DNA of 64,000 bases from positions 53,010,001-53,074,000 of the forward strand of contig OZ024746.1 of assembly GCA_964016885.1 (NCBI GenBank), written 5' to 3'. Under the pieces are notes generated by a model, which worked only from the letters and a program-made list of their open reading frames with translations, made no database searches and was not told where the DNA came from. The DNA is from Eledone cirrhosa (taxonomy: Eukaryota). Shown one piece after another: positions 50,136 to 60,300 of the stretch; the first letter of the stretch is position 1; each line of letters opens with the position of its first letter. The translations under genes and the position numbers were made by a program.

Positions 50136-53100
50136 ATGGTAGTGTTGTTGTTGTTGTTATTGTAGTTAGTGATTGCTGTGATGGTAGTGTTGTTGTTGTT
50201 GTTGTTATTGTAGTTAGTGGTTGCTGAGATGGTAGTGTTGTTGTTGTTGTTATTGTAGTTAGTGATTGCTGTGATGGTAGTGTTGTTGTTGTTGTTGTTA
50301 TTGTAGTTAGTGGTTGCTGAGATGGTAGTGTTGTTGTTGTTGTTATTGTAGTTAGAGGTTGCTGAGATGGTAGTGTTGTTGTTGTTATTCTAGTTAGTGG
50401 TTGCTGTGATGGTAGTGTTGTTGTTGTTGTTATTGTAGTTAGAGGTTGCTGAGATGGTAGTGTTGTTGTTGTTATTCTAGTTAGTGGTTGCTGTGATGGT
50501 AGTGTTGTTGTTGTTGTTATTGTAGTTAGAGGTTGCTGAGATGGTAGTGTTGTTGTTGTTGTTATTGTAGTTAGTGGTTGCTGAGATGGTCGTGTTGTTG
50601 TTGTTGTTATTGTAGTTAGAGGTTGCTGAGATGGTAGTGTTGTTGTTGTTATTCTAGTTAGTGGTTGCTGTGATGGTAGTGTTGTTGTTGTTATTGTAGT
50701 TAGTGGTTGCTGAGATGGTAGTGTTGTTGTTGTTGTTATTGTAGTTAGTGGTTGCTGAGATGGTAGTGTTGTTGTTGTTGTTATTGTAGTTAGTGGTTTC
50801 TGTGATGGTAGTGTTGTTGTTGTTATTATTGTAGTTAGTGGTTGCTGTGGTGGTAGTGTTGTTGTTGTTATTCTAGTTAGTGGTTGCTGTGATGGTAGTG
50901 TTGTTGTTGTTGTTATTGTAGTTAGTGGTTTCTGTGATGGTAGTGTTGTTGTTGTTATTGTAGTTAGTGGTTGCTGAGATGGTAGTGTTGTTGTTGTTGT
51001 TATTGTAGTTAGTGGTTGCTGAGATGGTAGTGTTGTTGTTGTTGTTATTGTAGTTAGTGTTTGCTGAGATGGTAGTGTTGTTGTTGTTGTTAGTGGTTGC
51101 TGTGATGTTAGTGTTGTTGTTGTTATTGTAGTTAGTGGTTGCTGTGATGCTAGTGTTGTTGTTATTGTTATTGTAGTTAGTGGTTGTTGTGATGGTAATG
51201 TTGTTGTTATTGTTATCGTAGTTAGTGGTTGTGATGGTAGTGTTGTTGTTATTGTTATTGTAGTAGAGGTTGCTGTGTTGGTAGTGTTGTTGTTGTTGTT
51301 GTAGTTAGTGGTTGATGTGATGGCAGTGTTGTTGTTGTTATTGTAGTTAGTGGTTGTTGTGATGGTAGTGCTGTTGTTGTTATTGTAGTTAGTCGTTGCT
51401 GAGATGGTAGTGTTGTTGTTGTTGTTATTGTAGTTAGTGGTTGCTGTGATGGTAGTGTTGTTGTTGTTATTGTAGTTAGTGGTTGCTGAGATGGTAGTGT
51501 TGTTGTTGTTGTTATTGTAGTTAGTGGTTGCTGTGATGGTAGTGTTGTTGTTGTTATTGTAGTTAGTGGTTGCTGAGATGGTAGTGTTGTTGTTGTTGTT
51601 ATTGTAGTTAGTGGTTGCTGAGATGGTAGTGTTGTTGTTGTTGTTATTGTAGTTAGTGGTTGCTGTGATGGTAGTGTTGTTGCTGTTATTGTAGTTAGTG
51701 GTTTCTGTGATGGTAGTGTTGTTGTTGTTATTGTAGTTAGTGGTTGCTGAGATGGTAGTGTTGTTGTTGTTTTTATTGTAGTTAGTGGTTGCTGTGATGG
51801 TAGTGTTGTTTTTGTTACTGTAGTTAGTGGTTGCTGAGATGGTAGTGTTGTTGTTGTTGTTATTGTAGTTAGTGGTTGCTGAGATGGTAGTGTTGTTTTT
51901 GTTGTTATTGTAGTTAGTGGTTTCTGTGATGGTAGTGTTGTTGTTGTTGTTATTGTAGTTAGAGGTTGCTGTGATGGTAGTGTTGTTGTTGTTATTCTAG
52001 TTAGTGGTTGTTGTGATGGTAGTGTTGTTGTTGTTGTTATTGTAGTTAGTGGTTTCTGTGATGGTAGTGTTGTTGTTGTTATTGTAGTTAGTGGTTGCTG
52101 AGATGGTAGTGTTGTTGTTGTTGTTATTGTAGTTAGTGATTGCTGTGATGGTAGTGTTGTTGTTGTTGTTGTTATTGTAGTTAGTGGTTGCTGAGATGGT
52201 AGTGTTGTTGTTGTTGTTATTGTAGTTAGTGATTGCTGTGATGGTAGTGTTGTTGTTGTTGTTGTTATTGTAGTTAGTGGTTGCTGAGATGGTAGTGTTG
52301 TTGTTGTTGTTATTGTAGTTAGAGGTTGCTGAGATGGTAGTGTTGTTGTTGTTATTCTAGTTAGTGGTTGCTGTGATGGTAGTGTTGTTGTTGTTGTTAT
52401 TGTAGTTAGAGGTTGCTGAGATGGTAGTGTTGTTGTTGTTGTTATTGTAGTTAGTGGTTGCTGAGATGGTCGTATTGTTGTTGTTGTTATTGTAGTTAGA
52501 GGTTGCTGAGATGGTAGTGTTGTTGTTGTTGTTATTGTAGTTAGAGGTTGCTGAGATGGTAGTGTTGTTGTTGTTGTTATTGTAGTTAGAGGTTGCTGAG
52601 ATGGTAGTGTTGTTGTTGTTATTCTAGTTAGTGGTTGCTGTGATGGTAGTGTTGTTGTTGTTGTTATTGTAGTTAGAGGTTGCTGAGATGGTAGTGTTGT
52701 TGTTGTTGTTATTGTAGTTAGTGGTTGCTGAGATGGTCGTATTGTTGTTGTTGTTATTGTAGTTAGAGGTTACTGAGATGGTAGTGTTGTTGTTGTTATT
52801 CTAGTTAGTGGTTGCTGTGATGGTAGTGTTGTTGTTGTTGTTATTGTAGTTAGAGGTTGCTGAGATGGTAGTGTTGTTGTTGTTATTCTAGTTAGTGGTT
52901 GCTGTGATGGTAGTGTTGTTGTTGTTGTTATTGTAGTTAGAGGTTGCTGAGATGGTAGTGTTGTTGTTGTTGTTATTGTAGTTAGTGGTTGCTGAGATGG
53001 TCGTATTGTTGTTGTTGTTATTGTAGTTAGAGGTTACTGAGATGGTAGTGTTGTTGTTGTTATTCTAGTTAGTGGTTGCTGTGATGGTAGTGTTGTTGTT

Positions 53101-54302
53101 GTTATTGTAGTTAGTGGTTGCTGAGATGGTAGTGTTGTTGTTGTTATTATTGTAGTTAGTGGTTTCTGTGATGGTAGTGTTGTTGTTGTTATTATTGTAG
53201 ATAGTGGTTGCTGTGATGGTAGTGTTGTTGTTGTTATTCTAGTTAGTGGTTGCTGTGATGGTAGTGTTGTTGTTGTTGTTATTGTAGTTAGTGGTTTCTG
53301 TGATGGTAGTGTTGTTGTTGTTATTGTAGTTAGTGGTTGCTGAGATGGTAGTGTTGTTGTTGTTGTTATTGTAGTTAGTGGTTGCTGAGATGGTAGTGTT
53401 GTTGTTGTTGTTATTGTAGTTAGTGTTTGCTGAGATGGTAGTGTTGTTGTTGTTGTTAGTGGTTGCTGTGATGTTAGTGTTGTTGTTGTTATTGTAGTTA
53501 GTGGTTGCTGTGATGCTAGTGTTGTTGTTATTGTTATTGTAGTTAGTGGTTGTTGTGATGGTAATGTTGTTGTTATTGTTATTGTAGTTAGTGGTTGTGA
53601 TGGTAATGTTGTTGTTATTGTTATTGTAGTTAGAGGTTGCTGTGTTGGTAGTGTTGTTGTTGTTGTTGTAGTTAGTGGTTGATGTGATGGCAGTGTTGTT
53701 GTTGTTATTGTAGTTAGTGGTTGTTGTGATGGTAGTGCTGTTGTTGTTGTTCTAGTTAGTGGTTGCTGTGATGGTAGTGTTGTTATTGTTATTGTAGTTA
53801 GTGGTTGTTGTGATGGTAGTGTTGTTGTTGTTGTTGTAGTTAGTGGTTGCTGAGATGGTAGTGTTGTTATTGTTATTGTAGTTAGTGGTTGTTGTGATGG
53901 TAGTGTTGTTGTTGTTGTTGTAGTTAATGGTTGTTGTGATGGTAGTGTTGTTGTTATTGTTATTGTAGTTAGAGGTTGCTGTGATGGTAGTGTTATTGTT
54001 GTTATTGCAGTTAGTGGTTGTTGTGATGGTTGTGTTGTTGTTATTGTTATTGTAGTTAGAGGTTGCTGAGATGGTAGTGTTGTTGTTGTTATTGCAGTTA
54101 GTGGTTGCTAAGAAGGTAGTGTTGTGGTTGTTATTGTAGTTAGTGGTTGCTGAGATGGTAGTGTTGTTGTTGTTGTTATTGTAGTTAGAGGTTGCTGTGA
54201 TGGTAGTGTTGTTGTTGTTATTGTAGTTAGTGGTTTCTGAGATGGTAGTGTTGTTGTTGTTGTTATTGTATTTAGTGGTTGCTGTGATGGTAGTGTTGTT
54301 TT

Positions 54303-57300
54303 TGTTATTGTAGTTAGTGGTTGCTGAGATGGTAGTGTTGTTGTTGTTGTTATTGTAGTTAGTGGTTGCTGAGATGGTAGTGTTGTTGTTGTTGTTATTG
54401 TAGTTAGTGGTTGCTGTGATGGTAGTGTTGTTGTTGTTATTGTAGTTAGTGGTTGCTGAGATGGTAGTGTTGTTGTTGTTTTTATTGTAGTTAGTGGTTG
54501 GTGTGACGGTAGTGTTGTTGTTGTTGTTATTGTAGTTAGTGGTTGCTGAGATGGTAGTGTTGTTGTTGTTGTTATTGTAGTTACTGGTTGCTGAGATGGT
54601 AGTGTTGTTGTTGTTGTTGTTAATGTTATTAGTGGTTACTGAGATGGTAGTGTTGTTGTTGTTGTTATTGTAGTTAGTGGTTGCTGAGATGGTAGTGTTG
54701 TTGTTGTTGTTATTGTATTTAGTGGTTGCTGTGATGGTAGTGTTGTTGTTGTTATTGTAGTTAGTGGTTGCTGAGATGGTAGTGTTGTTGTTGTTGTTAT
54801 TGTAGTTAGTGGTTGCTGAGATGGTAGTGTTGTTGTTGTTGTTATTGTAGTTAGTGGTTGCTGTGATGGTAGTGTTGTTGTTGTTATTGTAGTTAGTGGT
54901 TTCTGTGATGGTAGTGTTGTTGTTGTTATTGTAGTTAGTGGTTGCTGAGATGGTAGTGTTGTTGTTGTTTTTATTGTAGTTAGTGGTTGCTGTGACGGTA
55001 GTGTTGTTGTTGTTGTTATTGTAGTTAGTGGTTGCTGAGATGGTAGTGTTGTTGTTGTTGTTATTGTAGTTAGTGGTTGCTGAGATGGTAGTGTTGTTGT
55101 TGTTGTTACTGTAGTTAGTGGTTGCTGAGATGGTAGTGTTGTTGTTGTTGTTATTGTAGTTAGTTGTTGCTGAGATGGTAGTGTTGTTGTTGTTGTTATT
55201 GTAGTTAGTTGTTGCTGAGATGGTAGTGTTGTTGTTGTTGTTATTGTAGTTAGTGATTGCTGTGATGGTAGTGTTGTTGTTGTTGTTGTTATTGTAGTTA
55301 GTGGTTGATGACATGGTAGTGTTGTTGTTGTTGTTATTGTAGTTAGAGGTTGCTGAGATGGTAGTGTTGTTGTTGTTATTCTAGTTAGTGATTGCTGTGA
55401 TGGTAGTGTTGTTGTTGTTGTTATTGTAGTTAGAGGTTGCTGAGATGGTAGTGTTGTTGTTGTTATTCTAGTTAGTGGTTGCTGTGATGGTAGTGTTGTT
55501 GTTGTTGTTATTGTAGTTAGAGGTTGCTGAGATGGTAGTGTTGTTGTTGTTATTCTAGTTAGTGGTTGCTGTGATGGTAGTGTTGTTGTTGTTGTTATTG
55601 TAGTTAGAGGTTGCTGAGATGGTAGGGTTGTTGTTGTTGTTATTGTAGTTAGTGGTTGCTGAGATGGTCGTGTTGTTGTTGTTGTTATTGTAGTTAGAGG
55701 TTGCTGAGATGGTAGTGTTGTTGTTGTTATTCTAGTTAGTGGTTGCTGTGATGGTAGTGTTGTTGTTGTTATTGTAGTTAGTGGTTGCTGAGATGGTAGT
55801 GTTGTTGTTGTTATTGTAGTTAGTGGTTGCTGAGATGGTAGTGTTGTTGTTGTTGTTATTGTAGTTAGTGGTTTCTGTGATGGTAGTGTTGTTGTTGTTG
55901 TTATTGTAGTTAGTGGTTGCTGAGATGGTAGTGTTGTTGTTGTTGTTATTGTAGTTAGTGGTTTCTGTGTTGGTAGTGTTGTTGTTGTTATTGTAGTTAG
56001 TGGTTGCTGAGATGGTAGTGTTGTTGTTGTTGTTATTGTAGTTAGTGGTTGCAGAGATGGTAGTGTTGTTGTTGTTGTTATTGTAGTTAGTGGTTGCTGA
56101 GATGGTAGTGTTGTTGTTGTTGTTATTGTAGTTAGTGGTTGCTGAGATGGTAGTGTTGTTGTTGTTGTTATTGTAGTTATTGGTTTCTGTGATGGTAGTG
56201 TTGTTGTTGTTGTTATTGTAGTTATTGGTTTCTGTGATGGTAGTGTTGTTGTTGTTGTTATTGTAGTTAGTGGTTGGTGAGATGGTAGTGTTGTTGTTGT
56301 TGTTATTGTAGTTAGTGGTTTCTGTGATGGTAGTATTGTTGTTGTTGTTATTGTAGTTAGTGGTTGCTGTGATGGTAGTGTTGTTGTTGTTATTCTAGTT
56401 AGTGGTTGCTGTGATGGTAGTGTTGTTGTTGTTGTTATTGTAGTTAGTGGTACCTGTGATGGTAGTGTTGTTGTTGGTATTGTAGTTAGTGGTTGCTGAG
56501 ATGGTAGTGTTGTTGCTGTTGTTATTGTAGTTAGAGGTTGCTGAGATGGTAGTGTTGTTGTTGTTGTTATTGTAGTTAGTGGTTGCTGTGATTGTAGTGT
56601 TGTTGTTGTTGTTATTGTAGTTAGAGGTTGCTGAGATGGTAGTGTTGTTGTTGTTGTTATTGTAGTTAGTGGTTGCTGAGATGGTAGTGTTGTTGTTGTT
56701 TTTATTGTAGTTAGAGGTTGCTGAGATGGTAGTGTTGTTGTTGTTATTCTAGTTAGTGGTTGCTGTGATGGTAGTGTTGTTGTTGTTGTTATTGTAGTTA
56801 GAGGTTGCTGAGATGGTAGTGTTGTTGTTGTTGTTATTGTAGTTAGTGGTTGCTGAGATGGTAGTGTTGTTGTTGTTATTATTGTAGTTAGAGGTTGCTG
56901 AGATGGTAGTGTTGTTGTTGTTATTCTAGTTAGTGGTTGCTGTGGTGGTAGTGTTGTTGTTGTTATTGTAGTTAGAGGTTGCTGTAATGGTAGTGTTGTT
57001 GTTGTTGTTATTGTAGTTAGTGGTTGCTGTTATGGTAGTGTTGTTGTTGTTATTCTAGTTAGTGGTTGCTGTGATGGTAGTGTTGTTGTTGTTGTTATTG
57101 TAGTTAGTGGTTTCTGTGATGGTAGTGTTGTTGTTGTTATTATAGTTAGTGGTTGGTGTTATGGTAGTGTTGTTGTTGTTGTTATTGGTTGCTGTGATGT
57201 TAGTGTTGTTGTTGTTATTGTAGTTAGTGGTTGCTGTGATGCTAGTGTTGTTGTTATTGCTATTGTAGTTAGTGGTTATTGTGATGGTAATGTTGTTGTT

Positions 57301-60300
57301 ATTGTTATTGTAGTTAGAGGTTGCTGTGTTGGTAGTGTTGTTGTTGTTATTGTAGTTAGTGGTTGTTGTGATGGTAGTGTTGTTGTTGTTGTTGTAGTTA
57401 GTGGTTGATGTGATGGTAGTGTTGTTATTATTATTGTAGTTAGTGGTTGTTGTGATGGTAGTGTTGTTGTTGTTGTTGTAGTTAGTGGTTGATGTGATGG
57501 TAGTTTTGTTGTTGTTATTGTAGTTAGTGGTTGTTGTGATGGTAGTGTTGTTGTTGTTGTTGTAGTTAGTGGTTGATGTGATGGTAGTGTTGTTGTTGTT
57601 ATTGTAGTTAGTGGTTGTTGTGATGGTAGTGTTGTTATTGTTATTGTAGTGGGTGGTTGTTGTGATGGTAGTGTTGTTGTTGTTGTTGTAGTTAGTGGTT
57701 GCTGAGATGGTAGTGTTGTTATTGTTATTGTAGTTAGTGGTTGTTGTGATGGTAGTGTTGTTGTTGTTGTTGTAGTTAGTGGTTGTTGTGATGGTAGTGT
57801 TGTTGTTATTGTTATTGTAGTTAGAGGTTGCTGTGATGGTAGTGTTGTTGTTGTTATTGTAGTTAGTGGTTGCTGAGATGGCAGTGTTGTTGTTGTTTTT
57901 ATTGTAGTTAGTGGTTGCTGCGATGGTAGTGGTGTTGTTGTTGTTATTGTAGTTAGTGGTTTCTGTGATGGTAGTGTTGTTATTGTTGTTATTGTAGTTA
58001 GTGGTTTCTGTGATGGTAGTGCTGTTGTTGTTATTGTAGTTAGTGGTTGCTGAGATGGTAGTGTTGTTGTTGTTGTTATTGTAGTTAGAGGTTGCTGTGA
58101 TGGTAGTGTTGTTGTTGTTATTGTAGTTAGTGGTTTCTGTGATGGTAGTGTTGTTGTTGTTGTTATTGTAGTTAGTGGTTGCTGAGATGGTAGTGTTGTT
58201 GTTGTTGTTATTGTAGTTAGTGGTTGCTGAGATGGTAGTGTTGTTGTTGTTGTTGTTATTGTAGTTAGTGGTTTCTGTGATGGTAGTGTTGTTGTTGTTA
58301 TTGTAGTTAGTGGTTGTTGAGATGGTAGTGTTGTTGATTTTTTTATTGTAGTTAGTGGTTGCTGTGATGGTAGTGTTGTTGTTGTTGTTATTGTAGTTAG
58401 TAATTGCTGTGATGGTAGTGTTGTTGTTGTTGTTGTTATTGTAGTTAGTGGTTGCTGTGATGGTAGTGTTGTTGTTGTTGTTGTTATTGTAGTTAGTGGT
58501 TGCTGGGATGGTAGTGTTGTTGTTGTTGTTATTGTAGTTAGAGGTTGCTGAGATGGTAGTGTTGTTGTTGTTATTCTAGTTAGTGGTTGCTGTGATAGTA
58601 GTGTTGTTGTTGTTGTTATTGTAGTTACAGGTTGCTGAGATGGTAGTGTTGTTGTTGTTATTCTAGTTAGTGGTTGCTGTGATGGTAGTGTTGTTGTTGT
58701 TGTTAATGTAGTTAGAGGTTGCTGAGATGGTAGTGTTGTTGTTGTTGTTATTGTAGTTAGTGGTTGGTGTGACGGTAGTGTTGTTGTTGTTGTTATTGTA
58801 GTTAGTGGTTGCTGAGATGGTAGTGTTGTTGTTGTTGTTATTGTAGTTAGTGGTTGCTGAGATGGTAGTGTTGTTGTTGTTGTTATTGTAGTTAGTGGTT
58901 GCTGTGATGGTAGTGTTGTTGTTGTTATTGTAGTTAGTGGTTGCTGAGATGGTAGTGTTGTTGTTGTTTTTATTGTAGTTAGTGGTTGGTGTGACGGTAG
59001 TGTTGTTGTTGTTGTTATTGTAGTTAGTGGTTGCTGAGATGGTAGTGTTGTTGTTGTTGTTATTGTAGTTACTGGTTGCTGAGATGGTAGTGTTGTTGTT
59101 GTTGTTGTTAATGTTATTAGTGGTTACTGAGATGGTAGTGTTGTTGTTGTTGTTATTGTAGTTAGTGGTTGCTGAGATGGTAGTGTTGTTGTTGTTGTTA
59201 TTGTATTTAGTGGTTGCTGTGATGGTAGTGTTGTTGTTGTTATTGTAGTTAGTGGTTGCTGAGATGGTAGTGTTGTTGTTGTTGTTATTGTAGTTAGTGG
59301 TTGCTGAGATGGTAGTGTTGTTGTTGTTGTTATTGTAGTTAGTGGTTGCTGTGATGGTAGTGTTGTTGTTGTTATTGTAGTTAGTGGTTTCTGTGATGGT
59401 AGTGTTGTTGTTGTTATTGTAGTTAGTGGTTGCTGAGATGGTAGTGTTGTTGTTGTTTTTATTGTAGTTAGTGGTTGCTGTGACGGTAGTGTTGTTGTTG
59501 TTGTTATTGTAGTTAGTGGTTGCTGAGATGGTAGTGTTGTTGTTGTTGTTATTGTAGTTAGTGGTTGCTGAGATGGTAGTGTTGTTGTTGTTGTTACTGT
59601 AGTTAGTGGTTGCTGAGATGGTAGTGTTGTTGTTGTTGTTATTGTAGTTAGTTGTTGCTGAGATGGTAGTGTTGTTGTTGTTGTTATTGTAGTTAGTTGT
59701 TGCTGAGATGGTAGTGTTGTTGTTGTTGTTATTGTAGTTAGTGATTGCTGTGATGGTAGTGTTGTTGTTGTTGTTGTTATTGTAGTTAGTGGTTGATGAC
59801 ATGGTAGTGTTGTTGTTGTTGTTATTGTAGTTAGAGGTTGCTGAGATGGTAGTGTTGTTGTTGTTATTCTAGTTAGTGATTGCTGTGATGGTAGTGTTGT
59901 TGTTGTTGTTATTGTAGTTAGAGGTTGCTGAGATGGTAGTGTTGTTGTTGTTATTCTAGTTAGTGGTTGCTGTGATGGTAGTGTTGTTGTTGTTGTTATT
60001 GTAGTTAGAGGTTGCTGAGATGGTAGTGTTGTTGTTGTTATTCTAGTTAGTGGTTGCTGTGATGGTAGTGTTGTTGTTGTTGTTATTGTAGTTAGAGGTT
60101 GCTGAGATGGTAGGGTTGTTGTTGTTGTTATTGTAGTTAGTGGTTGCTGAGATGGTCGTGTTGTTGTTGTTGTTATTGTAGTTAGAGGTTGCTGAGATGG
60201 TAGTGTTGTTGTTGTTATTCTAGTTAGTGGTTGCTGTGATGGTAGTGTTGTTGTTGTTATTGTAGTTAGTGGTTGCTGAGATGGTAGTGTTGTTGTTGTT

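Noticed and set aside
53752-55314. 520-aa Asn/Thr-rich ORF (TTISATTNYNNNNN)n and its 379-aa duplicate at 58663-59802
   Set aside because: This is an alternative frame of the same monomer. The ATG comes from a single GAG>GAC variant, the frame is broken by the very common ATTCTA (TAG) variant across the array, and the frequent polymorphisms are non-synonymous in it. There is no non-repetitive domain.
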